Of a stretch of DNA of 64,000 nt, positions 42,824 to 60,055 are shown one piece after another; positions within the stretch are counted from its first letter, which is position 1, and each line of letters starts with the position of its first letter. The DNA lies in the NCBI GenBank assembly GCA_964016885.1, contig OZ024742.1, forward strand, positions 191,952,001 through 192,016,000. The letters run 5' to 3'. The notes beneath the pieces were generated by a model. The model worked only from the letters and a program-made list of their open reading frames with translations, was not told where the DNA came from and searched no databases. The translations under genes were made by a program, and so were the position numbers. This stretch comes from Eledone cirrhosa. Taxonomy: Eukaryota.

Positions 42824-43749
42824 TACCACAGACATTGTAGCATTATTGTAATTATCATGTTGGATCTGAGTAGCGTAGTATGTAACATGTTGTAAATAAC
42901 TGGCAATTCTAAAGATATATGACATTTTCATGTAATACTTCGGTAGATTATGTATGACACAGTGTCTGACTTGGTGCAAATAGCTACGTAATCTCAAAAT
43001 ACTCGACGTCCTAATATAATTCTCGTGTAGGCTGTGTGTAACACAGTTTGTGACGTTGTGTTACTAGCTGAGTAATTAACAGACACTTAAAGTAATTTTA
43101 AGAAGATATTGTGTGCTATAGCATGAAGCTTAGATATTTATACTGCTTATTTAATCACAGAGGGATGTGCAATGATCATGATGCTTCGTTTCTCAAAGTC
43201 TTGGCAAGTAATGTGTTGAAGGGGTAGAGGACATTCTCAAACCTGAAACCTCACCTGGATTTGCAACAGTGCAAAAGATCACTACGGGCATTCAAGTGTC
43301 GGGTGATGAGCTAAATTGGTTGACAGATTAGTTCTACCACTCAAATTCAAAACGCAAAGGGCCAGGAACTAACACGGCACGTTATTTCTTCCAACGCTCT
43401 ACTAATCCCAACAATCTACTTGCTAAATTAGAGATTTATTTTATCATTTACGATTTCCTTTTGAATTACTGGTATAATTCTTTCGTTCTCAAATTCACAT
43501 ATAACACTTTGGTCCTCTTAAGGCGATAGTAGATGGCGCTTCCCTATACATATGTTATTGGAACGCAATAATAAAGAAAGCCATCAAATTGAAATACAAC
43601 TCGTCTTATAATATTTGTGACTACAGATAAAAAATATGCTGTTGTAGAAGTCAGCTCCCACCAACACATCAAACCAACCATAATACTAAAATAAACCGCA
43701 ACAATAAAAACCTTCACATATAACAAGTCGAGTAAATTCCACACCAAAT

Positions 43750-44990
43750 TTGACTAACTCCCTTGATATAATATTCACGAATGGTTGTAACTGTAGAAAC
43801 AAAAGAAATTGCCCATCAAAGGGAAATTGTCTTATTAATAACATAGTCTATAAATGTAAAATTAGCACTAAGGACTCTACTTATTCATATATAGGAGCTA
43901 CGTCTAACCAATTTAAAGTAAGATTTAATACCCACAAACATAGTTTTTAAAATGTCGCATTAGCTAATACAACATCCTTGGCTGAAACAATTAATAATTC
44001 TAGAAAAAAGAATATCGATTACAACCTGACCTGGAGTATGCTCAAAAGGGCCACCCCCTTATCAAAATAACAGATATGAGTGTAGATTATGCTCCAAGGA
44101 AGTTTTTGAAATAATGAAATCTAACGATATCCTATTAAATAAGCGACAAGAATTAATTATATCTTGCAATCATAGAATTAGAAGAACCTTCAAATATTAT
44201 AAACCTAATTAATATACACCTTACACTTATATTTTACATATTATTATAATTAGTTTTTTTAATTTAGTTAACCTATAATTAGTACTTTACTACAGAGAAC
44301 TTCATAATTTTATTTCCCTCTTACAGCTCTCTTTTCCTAAAATTAATACCTAAAAGTATACATATAAATTAATCTAATTTCCTGTTATGAATCTAGACTC
44401 CTTATAGTTTATATAAGATTGGTATTTCTCACTACTACCCTTATCCCAAAATTTTATTTTCTTCGTTTTTAACAAAATTCTTTAATAACATCTAATTCTT
44501 ATTTATCACATCTATATGAATTAATATAAATGTATCCCTATAAGTATACCAATCAATTAATTTAATTTCTTGTTACAGATCTAGATTCCTTGTGGTTTAA
44601 ATAAGATTGGTATTTCTCACTAATACCCTTACCCTAAAATTTTACTTTCCTTCGTTTTTAACATTATGCTTTAATAACATCAAATTATCGTGTACCTATC
44701 ACCGACTTGACCTCTTTTCATCCCCAAAGTATTCTTTTCATTCAAAGTATTCTTTCTATTCAAAACATAAGTCTGCACTCCTCTACCCATAAATTAAATT
44801 TCTACTACTACTATTATATCAACTTGACCTCTTACTACTTTTCTATTGGTCAATTCAAAATCTGTTCCCAAACAGATCTATTATATTAAATCTTAGTTGG
44901 TTTTTTTCAATAAACAAATTTTATCATTTCTGAAGACAGCATATATATGTGAAGGTATGTATATTTCCTCTGATAGTTTGTAATATTTTT
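43750..44990 (+). mobile_element. Penelope-like 3' fragment (Cys linker + GIY-YIG relic + 3' UTR)
   Basis: CNCRNKRNCPSKGNCLINNIVYKC...YIGATSNQFKVRFNTHKHSF; internal direct repeat about 44365-44500 / 44555-44682; decayed CTGAAGA hammerhead core near 44930. Confidence 0.85.
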
Positions 44991-45107
44991 ACATAGATCT
45001 ATATAATATACATACCAACACATATATATATCCTAGAAACGATCGTAAAATGATGAATTTTTTAATATAAGGAACTTGTTCTTTGTTTTTATTCATTGTT
45101 TTTATTA

Positions 45108-45157
<50 letters not shown>

Positions 45158-45639
45158 GCACATACAGCCTTTAGTGCACACACTATATATACAGGCACTC
45201 ACAGGCTCTAATGCACAGTCACACGAAGGCACTCACTGGCCTCAGTGCCCCCTGCCCTATATACACATCAATAAAAGATGTGACATACTATACCAAACTG
45301 AGTTGCACACACAGACACATACATACAGGAGATTTTGTATGTGTATGTGTCTCTGTCTGTAAGTACATATATATCATATGTGTATGTCTCAGCGTTTGTG
45401 TGTATGTGTGTCTGCGTATGTGTGTGTGCCTCTGTGTATGTGTGTGGGGGGGTTAGTAGGGGGTTTAGTTGGGGGTGGGGGTATGTGTGTGTGGGGAAGT
45501 GGGGGTGAGTGGGGGTAGCATTGGGGGACATGGGGGGGGGTAGTGTGTGTGCGTGTATGATACAAAGAGATCGACCGCCGCAGTAAGCAAAATAATTACG
45601 ACGAAATTACAGGCAGAAATGGAGTGACAGTGTATGTGA

Positions 45640-45647
45640 AAGACAGG

Positions 45648-45682
<35 letters not shown>

Positions 45683-46560
45683 TGATGGAGAGAAAGAGAG
45701 AGAGAGAACGTGTGTGTGCGTGTGTGTGTGTGTGTGTGTGCCTGCGAGAGAGAGAAAGGGTGAATGGATGAGTCGTTAGTAACGAAAATGAGGCTGAATA
45801 TAAAGAACAACGTGTTTGGGGTAAAGATGAGAGGGTAAGGGGAGATGGAGAGAAAGATTGAGGAAATAAGGGAGAGATAAAGGGAAAGTTGAGATAGAGA
45901 GAAAGGCTGAGGAAATGACGGAGAGATGAGATGAGGAGACGTTGGAAAGATGCAGAGAGAAAGAATAGAAAGATGGAGAGAAATGGAGAGAAATGTTTAG
46001 GAAACGATAGAGAGAGACGGGAGAAATGGAGAGAAAGGAAGGATAGAGAGAAATGTTGAGGAAACGAGAGAGAGATAAAGAGAGAGACTGGGAATAGAGA
46101 GAAAAGATGAGGAAAGGACAGTAGATACAGAAAAAGGGGAGATGAAGAAATGCAGATAAAGAGGGGGAAAGGAAGGAAGGAAGTAGACGTGATAGAGAAA
46201 TGCAGAGAAGAAAGAAGGGAACGAAAAAATGGCTGATTAAGTGATGAAAGAAAGAAAATAAATGGATAGAAAGGAAGAAAGAGATGGAGAGATGGGTTGA
46301 GAAAACGAGGGAGAGATTCAATTAGAGAAAGGGAAGGAAAGATCGAATAAAAAGGATAACTAAATGATGAATGAGTGAAAGTTATATAAATAGAAGGAAA
46401 GAAAGAAAGAAAGAAAGAAAGAGAGAAAGAAAGAGAGAAAGAAAGACAGAAAGAAAGAAAGAATGATGGAGAGAAAGGTTGAGAAAACGAAGGAGAAACA
46501 AAGAAATGAAGACAGAAAAAGAGAGATGTAGGGAGAAAGATAGAAAGAATGAAAAGAAAT
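45640..46560 (+). repeat. Long purine-rich (GA) low-complexity tract
   Basis: Degenerate GGAGAGAAAT/GAAA repeats. Confidence 0.9.
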
Positions 46561-46714
46561 AATGGTAGTGGAGGTGTAAGTGGTATAAAAGGTGTTGTTG
46601 TTGGTGGTGGTGACGGCGACGGTGGTGGTGGTGGTGGTAGTGTTGGTGGTGCTGGGGGCGACGGTGGTGGTCTTCTTATTTTTATTGTTATTGTTATTGT
46701 TAAAAATTAAAGTT

Positions 46715-47689
46715 GAGTTCAAATGCCGCCGAGGTTAACTTTGCCTTTCATACTTATGGGGTCAATAAAATAATATACCAGTAATGAACTGGGTCGATTT
46801 CTTCGACTTTCCCCTCCCTCAAAATTGTTGACATTGAGTCTAAATCAAAATATTAAATAGTAAAGCAATGTTGTGGAGTGGATCAGTTGATAGAGGTTCA
46901 GACAATATTCTTTTGCACAGTTTGTTCAAATCCTGCTGATATCAACTCTGCCTTCCATCCTTCTGGGATCCATAAAATAAAGTACCGAACAAGTACTAGG
47001 GTATATATAATCGACTTTACCGTCACCCCCAATTGCTGATCTTCTGCCTGCAATAGATATCATAGTTACGTCCCTTTACGATCTGAGTTCAAATCCCGCC
47101 GAGGTTAACTTTGCCTTTCATCCTTACGGGGTCGATAAAATAAAGTACCAGTAATGTACTGCGTAATTGCTGGCCTTGTGCCAAAAGTAGAAACAATTAT
47201 TAATGAGTAAGAAGGGCGGTGGATTGGCAGTATCTGTAGAGTCGGACACCATGCTTTGCAGCATGGAGTTCTGGTCCGTTACGGTCTGAGTTTAAATCCT
47301 GCCGAGGTCAACTTTGCGTTTCATGCTTACGGGGTCGATAAAATAAAGCACCAGTAACGTACTGGCGTCCATTTAATCGACTTTATCTACCCCAAAACTA
47401 CTGGCCTTGTGCCTATACTAGAAATCATTATAATAAAGTACGGTGGATTGGCAGTATCGGTAGAGGGTCGGACGCCATGCTTTCTAGCATAGTTACGTCC
47501 CTTTACAGTCTGAGTTCAAATCCCGCCGAGGTTAACTTTGCCTTTCATCCTTACGGGGTCGATAAAATAAAGTACCAGTAATGTACTGGATTATTGCTGG
47601 CTTTGTGCCTAAAGTAGAAATCATTATAATAAAGTACCAGTAATGTACTGGGTAATTGCTGGCCTTGTGCCTAAAATAGAAACAATTAT
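46715..47689 (+). repeat. Head-to-tail array of about six copies or fragments of the same SINE
   Basis: Units start near 46715, 46870, 47060, 47213, 47440 and 47630, with variable 5' truncation and divergence. Confidence 0.9.
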
Positions 47690-48127
47690 GAATGAATAAG
47701 ATGATAGTGTTCGTGTTTTGTTTTGTTTTTTGCTGATTGAATCAGTGAGTGAAGAAGAGCATGTAAAGAATTTCAAGTATCACGAGTGATGAAATGCAAC
47801 CCCAGCAAGATTGTTGTATAACATCCATGAGCTTGGTCATGCTTGGGAATCCAGCAGGATCAGTTGGAGGCAGTTGATTCTAACAGGACCCACTGGAAGG
47901 AGTGTTTGAGGATTCTGTCACCATGACCCTCTCGGGAATAAGTGTGTGGAGAAGAGAAAGTAAAAGGAGAAGTAATTCAAAACGCAACTGCAGTCTTTTG
48001 AGAATATTTATTTACCGGTTGCGCAGTTCTTATGATTTTTAAAAGTAAAATTGTGGTTCTGTTGTGGTTTGTCTCGCACACACACACACACGCCCACGCA
48101 CACACACACACACATACTCACACACAT

Positions 48128-48170
<43 letters not shown>

Positions 48171-48190
48171 CATATATGTATGTATGGATA

Positions 48191-48265
<75 letters not shown>

Positions 48266-48986
48266 CGAAGGAAATGTGGTAAGGAACCAGATGGACCATA
48301 ACGCACCAAAGTACTCAATACTTAGGGTAGTCGAGTGGGTAATAGGAACGAGTAGGATCCCAACGGCTGAGCTCAAAACGGCTTGAGCTCAGCCGTCGGG
48401 GTCCTACTCGTTCCTATATATATATATATATATATGTATCTATCTGCTCTTCCTTATTATTATTAATGCGTCCATGATCAGGTGCTGTTGATGTTGTTAT
48501 CGTCTACTTAGCGATCTTTATATTTTAAAAGTTTACTTAGAGAGAGAAAGACAGTGTCTATGACTCAAATGTTTACGAGGGTAGTGAGGAAATGGATGAA
48601 AGGTATCTTCAAGCCGAAGACCTGGTTCCAATCTTTGCTTAATGGTTCCCATGAACGAGGTAGGAGTTAAAAAGCACTTGATGAAGAAACATACGCCGCG
48701 GGGAAATTTGAACATAGAACACGGAAAGCCAGAAAATTACCACAAATTCTCATACCCGACATTTTAATGACTCCATAAGTCCACCGATCTTTACTGATTT
48801 TAACGACCGCGAAAGTAATCACCAAGGTATCGCTCCAATATTTGAAATCAGAGCAGCGCCGAGAAGTAGAGTAAATACCGACGCTCTAATGACTGAAAAT
48901 CTATAATCGGTGCTGTTGATATTATCTGCTTCGTTTTCTTCTTCTCCCTGATGTTGTTGTTGTTGTTGTTGTTGTTTTTGTTCTTC

Positions 48987-48994
<8 letters not shown>

Positions 48995-49046
<52 letters not shown>

Positions 49047-49145
49047 GAGACTCATTGCGGAGGAGTCCTCAAACACACATTTCAGGCAGGTCCGCTCAGA
49101 ACCAACCGTCTCCATCTGATTAGGCTGGATCCCCAAGCAAGACCA
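48995..49145 (-). mobile_element. RTE-like LINE 3' fragment with (GAA)n tail
   Basis: LGIQPNQMETVGSER followed by (AAG)n; homologous + strand fragment LGIQQDQLEAVDSNRTHWKE at about 47835-47930. Confidence 0.55.
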
Positions 49146-49680
49146 GCTAAACTCATTGATGTTATCCAACCATCTTGCTCGTTTACGTTATTGCTATTAA
49201 TAAACAGTAGTGTGCAGGAAGAGGTTGTGGTCGTTATAGTGTTGGTGTGGTCTACAGTACCGTAGTCTATAGGGAGTGATTTTTTGTTGTTGTTGTTGTG
49301 CTTGGTGCAGAAAGGAAGTGGAACCAACATACTGTTGCAAAAGCAATGTTTTGCGGACAACGTTAAACTCGTCACTTTCAACATTCTCTGATTACACGCA
49401 TGCATAAACACACACACATCACACACCACACACACACACACACATACACACACACACACACACACATTGTTAACATGAATGGTCCTGTTATTTTTTATTT
49501 AAAGACATTTTTTCCAATGCCAGCCCGGCAGTCATCTAAATAAATCTTATTTCTCATTCTTTCTTCTGATGAAGAACTAGCGTTCGAAACGTTAAAACCC
49601 TCTTCTACTATAGCAAGCGTTAACCTAATATATCCCTACCATATACTGTACTGATTGTGTTGTTATTTCTGTTTACTTTT

Positions 49681-49743
<63 letters not shown>

Positions 49744-50116
49744 AGATTCAGGACCCCGACGGCTTAGTTCTGGCCCTCGACAGCTAGGTCGGGGTCCTTA
49801 ATCTTTTCATATTACCCACTGTACTACCCTGAGTATCGAGTGCTCTGGTGCGTTATAGTCCATCTGGTATCTTACCACACCCTCTCTGTTAAATATATAT
49901 ATATTTATATATATATATATATAGGAAAAGGTACGACCCCGACGGCAGAGGTCAAGCCGATTCGAGGCTATTTCTGCAAATAGCCGTCGAAACGGCTTGA
50001 GCTCTGCCGTCGGGGTAATATCTTTTCCTATTTCCCACTCTACTACCGTAAGTATTGAGTACTCTGGTGCGTTATGGTCCATCTGGTTCCTTACCACAAT
50101 TCCTTCGTTATATCTA

Positions 50117-50175
<59 letters not shown>

Positions 50176-50773
50176 AAAAAATGAAATTTCATTTCTCACT
50201 CTTAGTACGGCTGATACTTAAATATAAGTATGTATACGTACATACATATATGTATACAGACGTACAGTAGTATGTATATACATACATACATGCACACATA
50301 TATACATGTACGTATGAGTTTACCGACCATTTATTATAATCCTCGGTTTGATTGTAAACAAACAGCCCGGGTCGGACGCATAGAGTTACGGCCCTTAACA
50401 TTCTGAGTTCAAATCCTGCCGAGGTTAACTTTGCCTTTCATCCTTACGGGATCGATAAAATAAAGTACCAGTAATGTACTGGATTATTGCTGGCCTGGTG
50501 CCAAAAGTAGAAACAATTATTATTATCGATTTATTAAGTTTATTGATAACCCCTATTGTTTTGGCGGCATCGAACACGGTTTCAGTACGTCCGGGTAATA
50601 TGTAATCGATTAATGTACACATTGTGTATGCATCTGTGTGTGTGTTTATGTATGTCTGTATGCATGTGCGTGTGCGTGCTCATTCATATTTCACGAAAAT
50701 TGACTACTGACAAAATGGCAAAATTAAATAATTATGTAGAGGACGGACACACATACGCATATATATACACACA

Positions 50774-50841
<68 letters not shown>

Positions 50842-50915
50842 CACATATATATATATATATATATACACATATATATATATACATATATATAAATATATAT
50901 GCACACACATACACG

Positions 50916-50981
<66 letters not shown>

Positions 50982-51009
50982 AACCAGGTTCCTTACCACA
51001 TTTCCTTCG

Positions 51010-51079
<70 letters not shown>

Positions 51080-51083
51080 CATA

Positions 51084-51182
<99 letters not shown>

Positions 51183-51185
51183 TTA

Positions 51186-51247
<62 letters not shown>

Positions 51248-51412
51248 GAAGAGAATGGGCTGTGTAGTTGCTAGAAAAGGTATGCTTAAAAATAAGAATA
51301 AGAAGAAAGCAAGAACGCGAGAAGTTTTCCTCGTCAGTTGTCTGCTGGGGGTCACATCCGACGAGAAAACTTCTCCCGTTCTTGCTTTCTTCTTATTATT
51401 ATTATATATATC

Positions 51413-51603
51413 AGGGTGGTGGATTGGCAGTATCGGTAGAGGGTCGGACGCCATGCTTTCCAGCATAGTTACGTCCCTTTACGATCTGAGTTCAAATCCC
51501 GCCGAGGTTGACTTTGCCTTTCATCCTTACGGGGTCGATAAAATAAAGTACCAGTAATGCACTGGTTAATTGCTTGCCTTGTGCCTAACGTAGAAACAAT
51601 TAT
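51413..51603 (+). mobile_element. tRNA-derived SINE (MetaSINE-like central domain), full copy
   Basis: A-box TGGCAGTATCGG, B-box GTTCAAATCC, conserved GCCTTTCATCCTTACGGGGTCGATAAAATAAAGTACC. Other copies: 6590-6712(-), 25994-26180(+), 26255-26438(-), 34327-34545(+), 50370-50520(+), 60758-60996 (two tandem). Confidence 0.9.
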
Positions 51604-51678
51604 TTTATATATATATATATATATATGAAAATGTTCAAGACCCCGACGGCAGAGCTCAAGCCGTTTTGACGGCTATTT

Positions 51679-51795
51679 CTCTCCATCTCAATCTTTTCGC
51701 GAACAGGTCGATCTTTGCGTGAGCATCCGTAGGTAAAGTTTTCTAGGTGGAACTGGGATGTTCTTGGTGGAGAAGTTGATAGTGTGTTTTCGCAT
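51679..51795 (-). pseudogene. N-terminus of a Penelope ORF attached to a family-C repeat
   Basis: ATG at 51795: MRKHTINFSTKNIPVPPRKLYLRMLTQ, then (frameshift) IDLFAKRLRWR. This resembles the YSxKNIPxP...KRMRWK start of PLE ORFs. Confidence 0.75.
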
Positions 51796-53080
51796 GATAG
51801 GTATTATGAAGAAACTGGAGCTGGGTGGAAAAGTCGGGATATGGCGTGGTAGGGTCGGAAAGTGTTCTACTACGGCGGTAGGAGCTAGATAACGAAGGAT
51901 GTGTGGTAAGGAACTAGATGGACCATAACGCTCCAGCGTACACAATACTTAGAGTCGTCGAAACGGCTTGAGCTCTGCCCTCGGGGTCTTGAACATTTCC
52001 TATTATCCACTCTACTACCCTAAGTATTGAATACTCTGATGCGTTATGGTCCACCTGGTTCCTTACCACACACACATATATATATATACATATATATATA
52101 TAAAGGATAACAAAAAATCGTTATTGGTAATCCAATTATTAATATTATTATTGATGATGTAATTTGAATTTGTTACACATATATGTTTTGATCAGTTTCC
52201 GATGATCTAGTAGAGTTAACATCGTATTTAAAATTGAGTGGCACTGCTTTTAGTGTTCACCAATTTTTAGACAACTCTATCAGTGAAACAATTGTTAGAC
52301 TGCAAATAAATCCCCTTTTTTGTACTGTTGACCATGTTATTCTCCACTTTCTCAACTATATATATGTATATGGGGTGTGAGAAAGCGAGTGAAAGAGAAC
52401 GAACGATATTATGTCTGATGGGATATTGAGAATATCGTTTCATCTATCTGTTTGTGCATGTGTGTATGTAAGTGTGCTTGAGCAATATATATATTCCTAA
52501 GCTGCCATCAATTTCCGCTAGGTTTCCGTTTCGCTTCTCAAACTTATGGGCATATTCCTCTTAAATGAGAATCCTTTCACTTGCTTATTTCAATACCAAC
52601 TAGCGACATATATAGCAATTAAGTGTAACCACAAATTCTAATACATGCTTTCACTAGTTGACAAAGACAAATTCTAAACCCCTCACTCCCATGATCCAAC
52701 GGAACATTCAGGCTGTAAAAGCTGCAGGAATAGAGAATCCTGCACCAGAACTAGGCTGGTTCTTTATTTATCAACCATGAAAGGAAGGGAGCCAAAGAGG
52801 ACCTCGGTGGGATTTGAACGCACAATCCAGAAACATGTAAAAAATATTCAACATTCTCATATATCTGTATAATAATGTATAATCTAAACCCAAGGCCGGC
52901 AATCTGCAGGAGCTAAAGGTTAACTTTACTTCAGTACCCTTCGATGTGGTAACAGCAGATGGACAATTTGCTCAGCACAGGTTAGAATCCAAGATCTCAT
53001 GATTGTGAATCAAATTTCCTAACTATCCAGTCGTATATATCTGTAAATCCATTAAATGTCGTGGGGCGAAAAATAATGGA

Positions 53081-53143
<63 letters not shown>

Positions 53144-53317
53144 CTTTCTCTCTCTCTGTTGTTCTGCTCTTTCTCTCTCTTTCCTTCTCTATCTTTCTCT
53201 TTCTCCGTAACCCAACGGCTTATTTTAAAAATATCCAATACTAATAATATAATTAAAGCTACAACTCCACTCTCCGGGAGCTTCCAACAGTAATGGTTGC
53301 ACTCTTTAAGGGTATGT

Positions 53318-53545
53318 CAATATTTATTTATAAAACTGATCTATATTATATTTTATCTGATGAAAGCACACCATAATTTAGCTTGGTGTCCTTGAAATAT
53401 GTATAATGGAATAACTATGGTTTTATAAATATAGTTTCCATTTGTTAATATCGTATTTTCACTCCAAATATTTGTTGAGTGTTTTATATCAGTTATAAAA
53501 ATATTTGCTTGTTATATCCCAACAATTTAAATAGAACTTTTACAT
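53318..53545 (+). mobile_element. Family E hammerhead-bearing repeat
   Basis: Related copies at 23648-23860 and 1250-1398 (fold-back fragment), all ending in (TA)n. Confidence 0.8.
53350..53412 (+). ncRNA. Hammerhead motif (family E)
   Basis: ATTTTAT-CTGATGA-AAGcACACCA..TGGTGTcCTT-GAAA-TATGTA-TA-ATGGAAT. The copy at 23671-23729 has a different but still paired stem II (GTACC/GGTAC). Confidence 0.75.
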
Positions 53546-53562
53546 ATATATATATATATTTA

Positions 53563-53639
<77 letters not shown>

Positions 53640-53773
53640 TTATTTATCTACATGTATATATACTTTTAATTTTTTTAACTGATATCAATCATCATATCAT
53701 CCCCAGTAGTGATTATATCGATCTTTATTATTTTGAATCTGTCTGTAGGTTACGAGACGTAAGGACGCACGCA

Positions 53774-53834
<61 letters not shown>

Positions 53835-53851
53835 ATATATATATATGTATG

Positions 53852-53971
<120 letters not shown>

Positions 53972-54110
53972 CGATATATATATGTGTGTGTGTGTGTGTA
54001 ACCGAGTGTACATACACATGATTTCTCTTAAAGAAAAATGTTTTCAGTTTCTGGTGAAGGACTAGCGTCCGAAACGTTCAGACTCTAGTCTTACTATATC
54101 AAGCATTAAA

Positions 54111-54141
<31 letters not shown>

Positions 54142-54660
54142 CTTCATTGATCTGTATCGTTTGCTTTTATCTTTACCGTTTACTTTTCGCATACATGTGT
54201 GTGTGTATGTTTGGGAGGAGGGGGGGTGTATGTGCTTCTCTATGACTGCGTGCATGCCTTGATGTATTTACGCATGCGTGTGTGAGCCTCTGTATCTGTA
54301 TGTGTGTGTTTCTGTGTGTCTACATTGCGTTGTTGCATGTCAACGTGTTTTACTTGCTTATCAATAAACCCACCATCCCCGACAACAGCAACATAAACAA
54401 CACCAACTCAGTTAAACCTAAGTTTTATTAGTCCGCATTAGATTTGTTTTTATCACAGGACACTAAACGACCACATCTGACCTGGGGTTATATCATCAAC
54501 AACAACAACAACAACAACAACAGCAGTTAGAAATATGTGACAAATATCCCCCGAATCACATCTTACTGTCCTATAAAATGAAAACTCTAGTTCCTCTTTC
54601 TCTCTATACCTCACTCACTCCTCCTCCCTCTCTCTCTCTCTCTCTCTCTTTATCTGTTTC

Positions 54661-56718
<2,058 letters not shown>

Positions 56719-57131
56719 ATTTATATATATATATATATTATGAAAGTAAAACACGCTCCAGTATTTTAACCCTTACATATATATATATATATGTATACAT
56801 GCATATATATATATATATATGTCTATGTGTATATATATGTATGTATGTGTATATAATTGTATAGATATTTATTTTAGCTAACCGTTTCTATTGTTAATAG
56901 TGCTGTTATTGTTATTGTTGTTGTTGTTGTTGTTGTACTTGTTACTGTTTTAGTTGCTGTGGTTGTTACTAACACACTTTTTGTTAATTACTTTTCCGTC
57001 ACAGAGTTTATGCGTGTGTTTGTTAATATAGTGATATATATATATTTATTATTATTACATTAATTATATAATTATCAAACTACACAACTCATTATATATA
57101 TATATATATATATATACATATATACTTTCAT

Positions 57132-57186
<55 letters not shown>

Positions 57187-57210
57187 CATGCCTTTCAATC
57201 GCTTGTAGTT

Positions 57211-57275
<65 letters not shown>

Positions 57276-57472
57276 GTTATTCAAGTCTTTCAGTCGCTTA
57301 TAGTTTATTTTCGGTTTTCATTCATCCATTCTTCTTGTCATTCTCTCGCTCACTTTCGTTTTCATAAATTCGTTACTTCTTTCTTCATTCCCTTTCAACT
57401 TAGTTTCTAATCAGTTTCTGACAAATTTCGCATCATCCCAAAGTTGTGGATATTGAAGTAAATACATACATA

Positions 57473-57504
<32 letters not shown>

Positions 57505-57589
57505 CATATATATACACACATATATATATATATACATATATATATAAACCTCTATTCTTTTAAATATATATATATATACATATATACAC

Positions 57590-57629
<40 letters not shown>

Positions 57630-57959
57630 GGAAAAAAAAGGAAAATAATTACTTTACTTGTAGTTCTAATCAATTTAATTCTATAATACTACAATTTTAC
57701 GATTTTGTATATCTCTACATATATACAATGACGAATAGATTACATATATACATACATATACAAAGCACATGAATATATATATATACATACATGAACTCAT
57801 GAACTAAAGCTTAAGCTAATTATCCATCGTCTACCCCCACGTATACATATTAACACACAACACACACAGACACATATATATATATATACATATACATATA
57901 ATCATATAAACACACATTTTATTATGTCTAAATAGTGAGAGTCTCGCCCGCTTATCTCA

Positions 57960-58112
<153 letters not shown>

Positions 58113-58140
58113 AATATATATATATATATATATATTATAC

Positions 58141-58172
<32 letters not shown>

Positions 58173-58533
58173 GTATGTATATATATATATATGTACGTAC
58201 GCATTAAAAGATAAGAGATAGTTGTTTGATTTTCTCAAACAGCCGACCACATTAATACCACGTTGATTTTAGTAAAAACAACAACAGTTATATGTGTCAC
58301 AGTAACGACAGCAACCCCCACCGCCCCGCCATCACTATTACTACTACTTGCAGAAAAATCAACACATGGAAAGGAGTTCTACTTTTAAATTGTTCGCTGC
58401 CTCTAAAGAGGCATGTGAGAGTGTATGTACATGCAAGAGTGTATGTGTGTGTGTGTGCATATCTGTATTTGTATGACTACTTTTAAAAGATCGGTAATGT
58501 GCACACGTACATACATGTAGGTCAGAAATCTTT

Positions 58534-58578
<45 letters not shown>

Positions 58579-58637
58579 ATATATATATATATATATAAAT
58601 ATATATATATATAAATATATATATATAAATATATATA

Positions 58638-58668
<31 letters not shown>

Positions 58669-59059
58669 TTATATATATATTTATATATATATAAATATAT
58701 ATATATTTATATATATGTATATATATGTGTGTGTGTGTATGCATATATGTGTGCATATATATGTATGATATATGCGCGTGTGTACAGGTGTTTATGTATG
58801 TATATGCATATGTTCATATAAATGTAAATATTATACATGCGTAATCAAACACAAACAAACATATACACACACACATACATTCATATATATATATATATAT
58901 ATAAACATATAAATATATAAATATATAAATATATAAATATATATATACATTTTATAGGCGCCAAAGCTAGATCCATACATATATATATAACATATCTGCC
59001 TACAAATATAATATATATTCATACATAACATATATATATATATATATACATGCATACAT

Positions 59060-59266
59060 AATTTACATACATACATAACATAAATACATACATACATAAC
59101 ATAAATACATACATAACATAAATACATACATACATAACATAAATACATACATACATAACATAAATACATACATAACATAAATACATACATAACATAAATA
59201 CATACATAACATAAATACATACATACATAACATAAATACATACATAACTTAAATACATACATACAT
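59060..59266 (+). repeat. Minisatellite of 18/22-bp units (ACATAAATACATACATA-type)
   Basis: Visible tandem units just upstream of the NOS1AP exon. Confidence 0.9.
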
Positions 59267-59398
59267 CCAGTTATTTATATGTATATATACACTATTCCGT
59301 GGATATCTACCGAGTAATTTGAATGAACCCCGTCACGATACGAAGAGGGAGTACTTATTTACAATCCAGCTAGACGTGGGTTCGAATCTTGTGCCAGG

Positions 59399-59506
59399 AT
59401 GCCGTCCAAAAAACAGTATGATTTGGTGTCGGACGATGGCTACGACAACCGAATTCCATTACACAGTGAGGAAGCATTTCAATATGGGATTTCCTTTCAA
59501 GCTAAG
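59399..59506 (+). CDS. NOS1AP: First coding exon of NOS1AP/CAPON (nNOS adaptor, start of PTB domain)
   Basis: Translates [36 protein letters not shown], matching the vertebrate NOS1AP N-terminus as I recall it ([35 protein letters not shown]). It ends at a phase-0 donor AAG|GTAAAA (GT at 59507). Exon 2 was not found in the window. Confidence 0.93.
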
Positions 59507-59566
59507 GTAAAATACTTGTTTTTATTATTACTTAACTCTTTCTCTCTCTCCCTCTCTCTCTATCTA

Positions 59567-59621
<55 letters not shown>

Positions 59622-59632
59622 CTATCTATCTA

Positions 59633-59677
<45 letters not shown>

Positions 59678-59704
59678 GCGTCTGTTTAGTATGTTGATAT
59701 ATAT

Positions 59705-59762
<58 letters not shown>

Positions 59763-59776
59763 CTGTGTGTGTGTAT

Positions 59777-59817
<41 letters not shown>

Positions 59818-59839
59818 TCTATCTATCTATCTATCTATA

Positions 59840-59884
<45 letters not shown>

Positions 59885-59937
59885 TCATACTCTACTACCC
59901 CAAGTTTCGAGTACTCTGTTGTACAACTGAATCCATC

Positions 59938-60055
<118 letters not shown>

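Noticed and set aside
50556-51557. 333-aa ORF and the many [14 protein letters not shown] and LSLS ORFs
   Set aside because: Stop-free translations of (TA)n, (TG)n and (CT)n microsatellites.
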